Position numbers and translations under genes: made by a program
In this document: in pieces, positions 38,679-47,638 of the stretch
Numbering within the stretch: position 1 is the stretch's first letter
Layout of the letters: each line of letters begins with the position of its first letter
Source: Phycisphaeraceae bacterium
GTDB lineage: Bacteria; Planctomycetota; Phycisphaerae; Phycisphaerales; Phycisphaeraceae
Assembly (NCBI GenBank): GCA_963674705.1
Contig: OY771506.1
Span: forward strand, 992,001-1,056,000
Length of the DNA: 64,000 nucleotides
Reading direction: 5' to 3'
The notes under the pieces: model-generated
What the model saw: only the letters and a program-made list of their open reading frames with translations
Told to the model about the DNA's origin: nothing
The model's database searches: none

Positions 38679-38785
38679 GCGAGCCGTGATCGCATTCAGT
38701 GATCGCGAGCCGTGATGTCCCCATCACGGCAACCCAGCGATTCCCTCACCGCCCGCCCCCCTGGCGTGTGGATACGCCAGCTCGC
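38679..38785. repeat. Third REPIN-like doublet plus a partial REP-A
   Basis: Partial GCGAGCCGTGAT (38679), full REP-A 38705-38730, inverted REP-B variant CTGGCGTG-TGGA-TACGCCAG-CTCGC 38761-38785. Confidence 0.82.
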
Positions 38786-38803
38786 TTAAGCGAAACATTG
38801 CCG

Positions 38804-38840
38804 CCCCGCCGTCCCTTTAAGGACCGGCGGGGTTTTCTTT
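38804..38840 (+). terminator. Rho-independent terminator after rplS
   Basis: ccccgccg...cggcgggg followed by ttttcttt. Confidence 0.7.
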
Positions 38841-38857
38841 GATAGGATTGCCATCCC

Positions 38858-40465
38858 ATGAATGATCAGGCCCCACAAGAAGAAGCACCGCAGCGTTCCA
38901 ACCGCGACCTGCTCGCAGACCGCCGCACACGATTAACCCGCCTGCGCGATGAGCACGGCGTCGACCCGTTCGGCGGTCGCGTCGACAGTCTCATCACCCT
39001 TACCGACGCCAAGGCCCAATACGATGAGCCGGCCGACTCCGCTCATAAGGACAACCCCGACGACGATCGTCGCCCGGTCGCGAAGGTCGCCGGCCGTGTC
39101 ATGCAGCACCGCGTGATGGGCAACCTCATCTTTATGCTCCTGCGCGATCAGACCGGCGACCTGCAGCTTGCGGTGAGTAAGAAGCTGGTCGGACCAGATG
39201 CGTTCAAGGTCGCCAAGCTGGTGGAGTTGTCGGATATCGTCACCGCTTGTGGGCCGCTAGCCAAGACCAAGACGGGCGAGATTACGGTTTGGGCGGATCA
39301 GAACGCAAAGCCACAAGCGGCTGAGGGCGAGCAGCAGCAAGACGTCGCAGCGTTTGCCATGGCGACGAAGAGCCTGGCCTTGCCGCCGGGCAAGTTCCAT
39401 GGGTTGCAGGACGCGGAGCAGCGTTACCGCAAGCGTTACGTTGACATGTACGCAAATCCGGAAGTGATCGAGACGTTCCAGTTGCGGTCGAAGATCGTCA
39501 GCGAGATCCGCCGGTTCATGGACAGCCGGTCGTTCCTGGAAGTCGAGACGCCGATGCTCCAGCCGATCGCCGGCGGTGCGGCGGCGCGTCCATTCATGAC
39601 GCATCACAACGCGCTGGACATCCCGCTGTATCTGCGCATCGCTCCCGAGCTGTACCTCAAGCGCCTCATGGTCGGCGGCCTGCCGCGCGTCTATGAGATC
39701 AACCGCAACTTCCGCAACGAAGGTGTCGACCGTTCGCACAACCCCGAGTTCACCTCGATGGAGGTTTACCAGGCGTTCGGCGACTACTTGACGATGATGG
39801 AGCTGACCGAATCACTGATCCGCCACCTGGCCATGACCGTCAGCGAGACCGGTGTGATCGAGTGGAGCGGAACGCCCATCGACTACAGCAAGCCGTTCAC
39901 ACGCGTGACATATGCTGAGCTGTTCGAGCGTGCGAACGGCTTCGAGATGACCGACATCGAACGTGTGCGTGAGAAGGCACGTAATATCGGCCTGAACGAG
40001 AAGGGCAAGGACGACTGGCTGGTCGTGAACGAGGTGTTCGAGGAGACGGCCGAGGGCGGATTGGTGCAGCCAACCTTCGTGATGGATTACCCGAGCGTAA
40101 TCAGCCCGTTGACCCGGCCGCGCAAGGACAATCCCGACCTGTGCGAACGTTGGGACCTGTTCATCGGTGAGATGGAGATCGGCCCAGCGTACTCCGAGCT
40201 TAACGATCCTGATATTCAGGAGTCGAAATTCAAGGAACAACTAGCCGGCGCAGACGACGAAGAGAACACGTTCCGCTCGTTGGACGAGGACTTCCTTGAA
40301 GCGTTGCGTGTGGGCATGCCTCCCGCCGGCGGCCTGGGGCTGGGCATCGACCGGATCGTGATGTTATTGACGGGCCAACGGAGTATCCGCGACGTGATAT
40401 TGTTCCCGCTGATGAGGCCGGAGGGAAAAGCAGAAAAGCAGGAAAACAGAAAAGCAGAAAATTAA
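38858..40465 (+). CDS. lysS: Lysine-tRNA ligase (class II)
   Basis: RYRKRYVD, EVETPML, GGAAARPF, YLRIAPELYLKRL, FRNEG, HNPEFT, GMPPAGGLGLGIDR. Confidence 0.97.
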   Translation: MNDQAPQEEAPQRSNRDLLADRRTRLTRLRDEHGVDPFGGRVDSLITLTDAKAQYDEPADSAHKDNPDDDRRPVAKVAGRVMQHRVMGNLIFMLLRDQTGDLQLAVSKKLVGPDAFKVAKLVELSDIVTACGPLAKTKTGEITVWADQNAKPQAAEGEQQQDVAAFAMATKSLALPPGKFHGLQDAEQRYRKRYVDMYANPEVIETFQLRSKIVSEIRRFMDSRSFLEVETPMLQPIAGGAAARPFMTHHNALDIPLYLRIAPELYLKRLMVGGLPRVYEINRNFRNEGVDRSHNPEFTSMEVYQAFGDYLTMMELTESLIRHLAMTVSETGVIEWSGTPIDYSKPFTRVTYAELFERANGFEMTDIERVREKARNIGLNEKGKDDWLVVNEVFEETAEGGLVQPTFVMDYPSVISPLTRPRKDNPDLCERWDLFIGEMEIGPAYSELNDPDIQESKFKEQLAGADDEENTFRSLDEDFLEALRVGMPPAGGLGLGIDRIVMLLTGQRSIRDVILFPLMRPEGKAEKQENRKAEN

Positions 40466-40535
40466 ACATATCTGCTTCTCTCACAACTGTTGAAAGGATG
40501 TTTTCTGCTTTTCTGTTTTTACTATTTTCTGCTTT
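40425..40535. repeat. Inverted pair of 8-mer arrays (AAAGCAGA)n / (TTTTCTGC)n
   Basis: Left arm encodes the lysS C-terminus KAEKQENRKAEN; right arm abuts the next ATG. Confidence 0.7.
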
Positions 40536-40539
40536 ATAA

Positions 40540-42195
40540 ATGTACAAACTCACCCTCATCCTGAAGTATCTGCGGCGCAAGCTAGGACCGATGTTTGCGG
40601 CGTTGGCGGTGATGTTATGTACCGCGATGGTGATCATCGTCATCAGCGTGATGGGTGGGTTCCTGGATTTATTACGCACCTCCGCCAGCCAACTGACCGG
40701 CGACGTGATGGTGCGTGGTTCGATCACAGGCTTTGCACATTACGAGGACTTGATCGATCGCCTCAAGCAGCAACCGGAGGTTGAAGCTGTTTCACCGGTC
40801 ATCGGGATGTTCGGGATGGTGAACATCGGCGGAGAGACCCGGGGCGTAAAGATTCTGGGGATCGAACCGGAGACATTCGCACAGATTGTGCCCTATGAAG
40901 GCACGCTGATGTGGGACGCCGAAGACCGGGAGCAGCAGAACAATATTCTGTCGATGATTTCGCCGGGACCGATCTATGAGTTTGATCCACATGCGGCCGG
41001 GATGTCCCTGCCCATGCTGGGCGTGGGTGACGAGGCCAACAATGTGCCGACCATGGTCATTGGTATCGAGGTGAATCCTTATCAGGATCGCGATGAGCAA
41101 GGCCAGTATGACTTTTCTAACAGCGCGGTAGCCGCCCCGGCAACACTGACCTTGCTGCCGTTAACCGAGCGCGGCGCACCGGCAGAGATGGGCCCGGTGT
41201 ACGCCAAGGCGATTATCGTCAACGAGTTCAAGTCGGGCTTGTACGATGTGGACCAAGGCCAGGTATTTGTGCGCTTCGAAGTCTTGCAGGCATTGCTGGG
41301 GATGCAGCAGCAGGAAGTACAGGCGTTTGACCCGGAAACGGGCGAGACATTACCGGGTAAAGCTTACCGGCCGGCGCGTGTGACGGAAGTGCTGGTGCGA
41401 GGCAAGGATGCGTACACGCTGGAGGAAGTCCGTGCCGGGGTACGCAAGACGGTCAGCGAATTCGCATCGGAACATCACGATGTGTTTCCACCGCGTGTGT
41501 ATACCTGGGAGGAAATCCACGCCCAGTTTATCAGCGCTGTCGAGAACGAGAAAGGGATGGTTACATTCCTCTTTGCGATCATCGGCCTGGTCGCGGTCGT
41601 GATGGTCGGCACGACGCTTTACATGACGGTACTGGAAAAAACACGTGACATCGGTGTGTTGCGTGCGGTCGGCGCCAGTCAGGCAGGCATCATCGGGATG
41701 TTTCTGGGTTATGGTCTGGCGGTCGGCACGGTTGGTGCATTAGCGGGGCTTGTGGCGGGCACACTGGTGGTGACGCGGATCAACGATATTCAGTACTGGC
41801 TGGCGCACTACCTGGGCGTGTCAACCCATTTTGCGTGGTGCGCGATCGGACTGGGTTTAATAGGCTCGGTTGTCGGCGGTGCGATCGGATTCCACAAACG
41901 CCGATTCCTGAAGTATGCGTTTGTGTATGCAATCCTGTTCGGGCTGGCGGGTTTGGCGATTGCGGGGGCCGCGCTGCTGCTCTGGCCGGACCTTGCGATG
42001 AAGCTGAATGAAGCGATCCGTTTTGAAATGTGGAACCCACAACTCTACTACTTCGACCGCATCCCGGACAAAGTGAAGTCTGCCGATGCGTTGTTTATCG
42101 TGCTTGGCGCGATCCTGTCGAGTGTGATAGGGGCATTGATACCGGCGATCATCGCTGCTGAACAGGACCCGATCGACGCGTTGAGGTATGAGTAA
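40540..42195 (+). CDS. Lipoprotein-releasing ABC transporter permease (LolC/E family)
   Basis: IIVISVMGGF, EKTRDIGVLRAVGA, YYFDRIP, DPIDALRYE; followed by lolD. Confidence 0.85.
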   Translation: MYKLTLILKYLRRKLGPMFAALAVMLCTAMVIIVISVMGGFLDLLRTSASQLTGDVMVRGSITGFAHYEDLIDRLKQQPEVEAVSPVIGMFGMVNIGGETRGVKILGIEPETFAQIVPYEGTLMWDAEDREQQNNILSMISPGPIYEFDPHAAGMSLPMLGVGDEANNVPTMVIGIEVNPYQDRDEQGQYDFSNSAVAAPATLTLLPLTERGAPAEMGPVYAKAIIVNEFKSGLYDVDQGQVFVRFEVLQALLGMQQQEVQAFDPETGETLPGKAYRPARVTEVLVRGKDAYTLEEVRAGVRKTVSEFASEHHDVFPPRVYTWEEIHAQFISAVENEKGMVTFLFAIIGLVAVVMVGTTLYMTVLEKTRDIGVLRAVGASQAGIIGMFLGYGLAVGTVGALAGLVAGTLVVTRINDIQYWLAHYLGVSTHFAWCAIGLGLIGSVVGGAIGFHKRRFLKYAFVYAILFGLAGLAIAGAALLLWPDLAMKLNEAIRFEMWNPQLYYFDRIPDKVKSADALFIVLGAILSSVIGALIPAIIAAEQDPIDALRYE

Positions 42196-42244
42196 ATCAT
42201 GCTGGCTGGTGTCTCGTGGCTAGTGGCTCGTAGGTAAAGATGAA

Positions 42245-42973
42245 ATGAATACAGAAAACGCCACAACATCGCTTGCGACAAGCCAGACCCTCTTATCTGC
42301 GCGCGGGCTGCATAAGCATTACAAGATGGGTGGCAAGGACCTTCATGTCCTGCGTGGTGCGGACCTAGATGTAGCGCGCGGCGAATGGGTAACCGTGTTG
42401 GGAGCATCGGGGTCCGGCAAGAGTACGCTGCTGCATCTGATCGGGGGGCTGGATCGGCTGGACGACGGCACGGTCAAGTTCGAGGGGCGTGATATCTATA
42501 AGCTGCGTGGCACAACACTGGATCGATACCGCAACCGTCATGTCGGGTTCGTGTTTCAGAGTTACCACCTGTTGCCGGAGTTGACGGCGCTGGAGAACGT
42601 GTTGATCGGAGCGATGATCCGGTCGTCGGTGTTTGGTTGGCCGGGCAGGCGCGTAGAAGCGCGTGCGCGGGCGGCGGATTTGCTTAAGCGGGTGGGTTTG
42701 GGCGAGCGGATGAAGCATCGGCCGAGCAAGTTGTCGGGCGGTGAGCGGCAGCGTGTGGCGATCGCGCGGGCGCTGGTGAATGAGCCGGACGTGTTGCTGG
42801 CGGATGAGCCGACGGGCAACCTCGATAGCGAGACCGGCAAGTCGATCATGTCTTTGATCACCGACCTGCATAAGCAAGGCCAAACAATCGTGATGGTTAC
42901 GCACGATCAACAAATCGCGGCGTCGGCAGATCGCCAACTATGGTTGCGCGAGGGGAAGTTACAAGATAATTAA
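42245..42973 (+). CDS. lolD: ABC ATPase, LolD family
   Basis: [44 protein letters not shown]. Confidence 0.85.
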   Translation: MNTENATTSLATSQTLLSARGLHKHYKMGGKDLHVLRGADLDVARGEWVTVLGASGSGKSTLLHLIGGLDRLDDGTVKFEGRDIYKLRGTTLDRYRNRHVGFVFQSYHLLPELTALENVLIGAMIRSSVFGWPGRRVEARARAADLLKRVGLGERMKHRPSKLSGGERQRVAIARALVNEPDVLLADEPTGNLDSETGKSIMSLITDLHKQGQTIVMVTHDQQIAASADRQLWLREGKLQDN

Positions 42974-42992
42974 CCGCGAAGGTGCGAAGATG

Positions 42993-43088
42993 TTTAGCCG
43001 CCAATAAACGCTAAACAACGCAAATAAGATTTGGGCTCTCTCACGATATATCTTTATTCGCGTGTATTAGCGTTCATTCGCTGCTAAA
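42993..43088. repeat. MITE-like inverted repeat with ~10-bp periodic arms (family 1)
   Basis: tttagccgccaataaacgctaaacaacgcaaataa ... ttattcgcgtgtattagcgttcattcgctgctaaa; sister copy at 62144-62261. Confidence 0.75.
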
Positions 43089-44637
43089 ACTCCGGCTTGA
43101 CCAACATGTACTTTCTCACACGGTAGCGCAGAACATCTCGGGTGACGCCGAGTTTTCGGGCGGCGGCGGACTGGTTCCAGCCGGTGATGGTAAGCGCCTG
43201 GATGACGAGTTCACGCTCCTGATCAGCGAGGCGTGAGTTGATGGGGTGCGTTGGCGGGGTAGGTGCGCCAAGTGCGATGTGAGTTGTGTGTGGCGTTGGT
43301 ATTGGTTGAATGGCGGATTCACTTGTGCCGGCCACAACTTCCGGTGGCAGGTCCTTGAGTTCGATGCGGCCTTCGCCGAGGAGCGAGGCGCGTTCGGTGA
43401 CGTTACGCAACTCGCGGATGTTGCCGGGCCAGGAATAACGAGTCATGGCGTCGAGCGCGGCGTCGGAGATGGTGGCGTGTCCTAGGCCAAGCTCTGGGCC
43501 GAGAGATTCGAGGAAGTGAGCGACGAGTGCGGGGATATCTTTGCGTCGGTCGGCGAGTGGGGGCAATTCGATGGGGAAGACGTTAAGCCGATAGAACAGG
43601 TCTTCACGGAACCTGCCGATGGCGGACTCCGCGAGCAGGTCACGGTTGGTTGCGGCGATGACGCGTACATCACAACGGAGGGTTTGCGTGCCGCCGACAC
43701 GGACGAACTCGCGTTCCTGTAATACGCGGAGCAGTCGCGATTGGCTGGACATGCCCATCTCGCCTATTTCGTCGAGGAAGATGGTTCCGCCCTCGGCGAG
43801 TTCGAATCGGCCTGGGCGTTGTTCGGTCGCGCCGGTGAAGGCGCCTTTCTCGTGGCCGAACAGTTCACTTTCTAATAAAGATTCAGTAAGCGCGGCACAG
43901 TTAACGGCGATGAAAGGTCGATCGCGGCGCGGGCTGAGATTGTGAACCGCGCGGGCCATGACCTCTTTGCCCGTGCCGGTGGGTCCGGTGATGAGGACGC
44001 TGGTGCGTGTGGGCGCAACTTTGCGCGCTAAACGCAAGGCTGCGCGTAGCGCGGGACTGTTGCCGATGACAGTGAGCGCCGGCGATGCATCGCGAAGCGA
44101 TGTGTTGTCGCGGCTGAGTTGGTCGAGTGTTTGTACGTTGCGCGCAGCGCTTGCTGTCAGGTTGGCGAAGAGTTTGAGAAGTTCGAGATCGTGGTCGTTG
44201 AATTTTTGTTTGTTTATCGGGTTGATGACTTCGACGACGCCGACGGTTTGTTTTGCGTAGATTAGTGGAGCGGCGAGAAGGCTGTGGGTTTGCGTGCGTG
44301 TCTTGCGATCGATGTCGGGCAGGAAGTTGCGGTTGAGCGCGGTGTCGTCGATGCGCGTGGCTCGGCCGGTCTTGATGATCTGGCCGGCGATGCCTTGGTC
44401 GGCGTCGATGCGTATGCCGACGAGTCCTTTGCTGCCCGGACCGACGGCGGCGCGGAAGATCAGCTCGTCGCCGGCGTCGGAAAGCATGAGGACGCTTGCG
44501 CCTTGAGCACTCAAAACGTCGGCGGCGTGTCTGGCGAGTTGGGTGAAGACTTCGTCTAGCGCCTGGCCTGATGTGACCGCGCGACTGGCTTCGACCAGTG
44601 CAAGGAGGGTTTTGCGATCGAGGGCGAGTTGGGGCAT
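43084..44637 (-). CDS. Sigma54-dependent activator (GAF - AAA+ - Fis HTH; NifA/FhlA-like)
   Basis: N-terminal GAF; GPTGTGKE, NCAAL, ESELFGHEKGAFTGA, FLDEIGE, WPGNIREL, WNQSAAARKLG. Confidence 0.93.
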   Translation of the reverse strand: MPQLALDRKTLLALVEASRAVTSGQALDEVFTQLARHAADVLSAQGASVLMLSDAGDELIFRAAVGPGSKGLVGIRIDADQGIAGQIIKTGRATRIDDTALNRNFLPDIDRKTRTQTHSLLAAPLIYAKQTVGVVEVINPINKQKFNDHDLELLKLFANLTASAARNVQTLDQLSRDNTSLRDASPALTVIGNSPALRAALRLARKVAPTRTSVLITGPTGTGKEVMARAVHNLSPRRDRPFIAVNCAALTESLLESELFGHEKGAFTGATEQRPGRFELAEGGTIFLDEIGEMGMSSQSRLLRVLQEREFVRVGGTQTLRCDVRVIAATNRDLLAESAIGRFREDLFYRLNVFPIELPPLADRRKDIPALVAHFLESLGPELGLGHATISDAALDAMTRYSWPGNIRELRNVTERASLLGEGRIELKDLPPEVVAGTSESAIQPIPTPHTTHIALGAPTPPTHPINSRLADQERELVIQALTITGWNQSAAARKLGVTRDVLRYRVRKYMLVKPEF

Positions 44638-44665
44638 GGGGTGTAAGGGCGTAGGGCGCAGAATG

Positions 44666-44730
44666 TCATAATTTTACCCGTTATTGGTGAATAATCTAGT
44701 CCTATTATTGGGTAATTTTGCCCATTATTT
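44666..44730. promoter_or_regulatory. Candidate upstream activator sites
   Basis: Near-palindrome TGGGTAATTTTGCCCA (44709-44724) and related TAATTTTACCCGTTATT 44 bp upstream, in the divergent intergenic region. Confidence 0.4.
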
Positions 44731-44867
44731 CGGGTTTTGGTTAGGGCGCTGGAGGTTGCCCGGGATCGCCCCACCATTTTTGTTGAAATACAAAACCTTT
44801 GTTTATAAGCGCTTGTGAATGCAGACGCCCGATTACTGGTGGTTTTTTGTTATGGGAAAAAGGGTTC

Positions 44868-44883
44868 TGGCATGGGGGGTGTG
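44868..44883 (+). promoter_or_regulatory. Imperfect sigma54 promoter candidate
   Basis: TGGCAT-GGGGG-GTGT: good -24 element, but GT instead of GC at -12. Confidence 0.3.
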
Positions 44884-44932
44884 ATGTGTAGGGCGGACAC
44901 ACAAACACAAACCCCTTTGAAAGGAACTGACG

Positions 44933-46000
44933 ATGACGACCGCCACCCGCAAGATCAAAACCAACAATCCTCGCAAAGCCTCGATCCTGGCGCTGGCCGG
45001 CCTGATGCTTGCGATGGGGACGACTCCGGCGAACGCCTTGTTCGGCATGAAGGAAAAAGAGGACGGCAAGAAGAACGATCGCGACCAGATCCAGGTCGAG
45101 GCGGAAGAGCATCTGGCGATGTTGTCGGCCCCGCTTCCTGAGATTCCCGGCCCGAAGCGAACCGTAGCCGTCTCGCACTTCGATGCGGTCGGTTCGTTTA
45201 CCCGCGTGCATGGCGGGTGGGATGTCGGCGGCGGTTTATCGGCGATGTTGACGTCAGCGTTGAGTGAATCCGATCGATTCATCGTTCTTGAACGCGGTAA
45301 CCTCAGCACCGTCATGAGCGAGCAGCAGCTGGCGGCCAATGGTTTGACCAACCAGGAAAGCGGCGCCCGGGCGGGTCAGTTGATGGGTGCCCAGATTTTG
45401 GTGATGGGCAGCGTGACCGAGTTCGGGCAGAACAATTCGGGGGGCGGGTTCAGCATCGGCTTTGCCGGCTCGGACCTGGGTGGAGCGATCTCGCCTCAGT
45501 TCTCGAAGGGTTATGTCGCGATTGATGTGCGTTTTGTGGACTCGACGACAGGCCAGGTGCTTCGTAGCGTAACTGTCCGCAAGAAGATCAAGTCCAGTGC
45601 TTTTGCGGGGAGCATCAACTTCGAAGGCATCAGCATCGGTGGGAACAAATTCAACTCAACACCTTTGGGCGAGGCTTGCAGGGAAGCGATCAATGAGATC
45701 GCGCAGCAGGTGGCGGCGGAAGCGGCGATGCTGCCGTGGGCCGGGCGCGTGGTGGATGCGGACCTGGGCGAGGTGTACGTGAACGCCGGTGCCGACAGCA
45801 ACGTGCACATCGGCGACAGCTTCAAGGTCTACCGCGTGACGAAGGTCCTGACCGACCCGACGACAGGTGAACTGCTGGGGCAACGCAAGCGGCAGATCGG
45901 CATGGTTGAGATCACGAGTGTTCAAGAGAAACTCTCGATCGGCACGTACCACAAGCTGCTGGATGTTGAGCCGCAGCGGAACGACATCGTGTCTGAGTAA
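44933..46000 (+). CDS. CsgG/HfaB family protein with C-terminal FlgT-like beta domain
   Basis: KRTVAVSHF, MLTSALSESDRFIVLER, GAQILVMGSVTEF, IDVRFVDSTTGQV; C-terminal VYVNAG...IGDSFKVYR...DPTTGELLG. Confidence 0.82.
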   Translation: MTTATRKIKTNNPRKASILALAGLMLAMGTTPANALFGMKEKEDGKKNDRDQIQVEAEEHLAMLSAPLPEIPGPKRTVAVSHFDAVGSFTRVHGGWDVGGGLSAMLTSALSESDRFIVLERGNLSTVMSEQQLAANGLTNQESGARAGQLMGAQILVMGSVTEFGQNNSGGGFSIGFAGSDLGGAISPQFSKGYVAIDVRFVDSTTGQVLRSVTVRKKIKSSAFAGSINFEGISIGGNKFNSTPLGEACREAINEIAQQVAAEAAMLPWAGRVVDADLGEVYVNAGADSNVHIGDSFKVYRVTKVLTDPTTGELLGQRKRQIGMVEITSVQEKLSIGTYHKLLDVEPQRNDIVSE

Positions 46001-46074
46001 GCCGTCGTCTGTTAGCCCATAGTCGTTAGCACAAACCAAATATACGAAATCACAAACACGCGAAGGGATAGATC

Positions 46075-47520
46075 ATGAATCGCATCGAGAACATCATCCT
46101 GACATTAGCCGTGGCCGCGGCACTGATTGCGGCGAACACGGTGGAAGCATGTCCAGACTCAAAATGCCCTTGCCCGGAAACGGGCGTGACGAACGAACGG
46201 CCGGCAAAGGAAGTAAGCGAAGACCCACGTGATGGATTGCTGGGTGAACCGGTTGTGAAGACGCAGAACAGCACACGCTCCGTGCGTGACCTAGAACTGG
46301 AAGAAGCGAATCTCGAATCCGGGATGGGCAAAAAAGATGGGCTGCCGGGTCTGCCACGTGTGAAGACTAAGACCGGCTACCGCCTGCCGCGTGATGTGAA
46401 CCTGGAGCGGGTCAACCGTGGCAAAGAGCCTTACCCCACCGACGGCCCCTGCCCTGAAGATATGGACGAGAAGCGCAGGAAGACCGCTGAAAACGACCGG
46501 ACACGCACCGCCAACGAGGCGGGCTCGCTGCTGAAGCATCACACGCCGAAGCTGCCCGGCTTTAGCGGAACACGTACCAAAGACGGCGAATTGGTGGACC
46601 GTGACCGCCTGATGGATTCTCTCAAAGACGCGGCCAACAAAAACAAGAATCTGAATAACAAAAAGGATGCGAATAAGAACACGACGTTTGAAGACACGCT
46701 GCGACGGGCGGGGATCGATCCAGCGGACCTGGAAGGCGCTAAGTACAAGCACTTCGACAGCAGCACGAAGATCACGATGTCGGATGGCACGGTGATCTGG
46801 ACCGGCCCGGATGAAGATGAACTGGGTACGAGCGTGACCAAGCCCAACGGCGATCAGATCGAGGTCTCGCCGGACGGTCGGGTCTCGACAAGGCGGGGGC
46901 AAGATGGTGACACGATCACGCATCATCCAAGTGGCACGACCACCCTGTACGACCCGAAGCAGAAAACGTTAACGGTCACGGACAAGCATGGCCGAACGAT
47001 GACCCACCCGCTGGACTTCTACATGTCCTGGTTCGGCAAGGGCTGGAGTGTGGACGACTTGTTAGACCTGTTGAATCCACGTCCGGGTCAGAAGGACAAG
47101 GGCAACACCACGTTACATGACACTCTGCGTCGGGCGGGCGTGTCGGCGGACGACCTAAAGAACGCCAAGAGCATCGAAACCAGCGAGCACAGCAACTCGG
47201 TCAAGATCACGTTGCAGGACGGCACGGAAATATGGACCGGCCCGGACAGCGACGGGTACGGATCGAGCGTGACCAAGCCCAGCGGGGATCAGACGGAAGT
47301 GTTCCCCGATGGCCGAGTGTCCACCCGCCAAGGCAAGGACGGCCACACCGTGACCACCCACCCGGATGGCACCACGACGGATTACAACCCCGAAGACGAC
47401 ACGATGACTGTCCGTGACGGCAAAGGCAACAGTGAAACACGAACCATGGAGTACTGGCAGGACTGGTACAAGCAAGGCCATACCCCTCAAGACCTGCTTC
47501 GACTCTACAACCCTGAATAA
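46075..47520 (+). CDS. Secreted hypothetical protein with a tandem ~140-aa duplicated beta-hairpin domain
   Basis: Signal peptide; NTT..DTLRRAG...DGT.IWTGPD...SVTKP.GDQ.EV.PDGRVSTR.G.DG.T.T.HP.GTTT.Y.P x2. Confidence 0.75.
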   Translation: MNRIENIILTLAVAAALIAANTVEACPDSKCPCPETGVTNERPAKEVSEDPRDGLLGEPVVKTQNSTRSVRDLELEEANLESGMGKKDGLPGLPRVKTKTGYRLPRDVNLERVNRGKEPYPTDGPCPEDMDEKRRKTAENDRTRTANEAGSLLKHHTPKLPGFSGTRTKDGELVDRDRLMDSLKDAANKNKNLNNKKDANKNTTFEDTLRRAGIDPADLEGAKYKHFDSSTKITMSDGTVIWTGPDEDELGTSVTKPNGDQIEVSPDGRVSTRRGQDGDTITHHPSGTTTLYDPKQKTLTVTDKHGRTMTHPLDFYMSWFGKGWSVDDLLDLLNPRPGQKDKGNTTLHDTLRRAGVSADDLKNAKSIETSEHSNSVKITLQDGTEIWTGPDSDGYGSSVTKPSGDQTEVFPDGRVSTRQGKDGHTVTTHPDGTTTDYNPEDDTMTVRDGKGNSETRTMEYWQDWYKQGHTPQDLLRLYNPE

Positions 47521-47529
47521 AAAACCGAC

Positions 47530-47545
47530 TGGCACAGACCTTGCA
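47530..47545 (+). promoter_or_regulatory. Sigma54 -24/-12 promoter
   Basis: TGGCAC-AGACC-TTGCA, an exact consensus match, about 95 nt upstream of ATG 47639. Confidence 0.85.
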
Positions 47546-47638
47546 CTAAACCTGATAGCCCCGGGCGGTTTGCCCGGGAAAAAAAGCAGTACCTCATTCA
47601 ATACCGAACAGAAGCACACAAACCATAGGAGACACACC

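Noticed and set aside
31452..38785. Palindromic repeats as a CRISPR array
   Set aside because: Irregular spacing, conserved rather than unique spacers, mixed orientation, no cas genes; explained by RAYT/REP.
47414..47638. 5' extension of the plug-domain ORF
   Set aside because: Overlaps the previous gene and the sigma54 promoter; RBS and signal peptide start at 47639.
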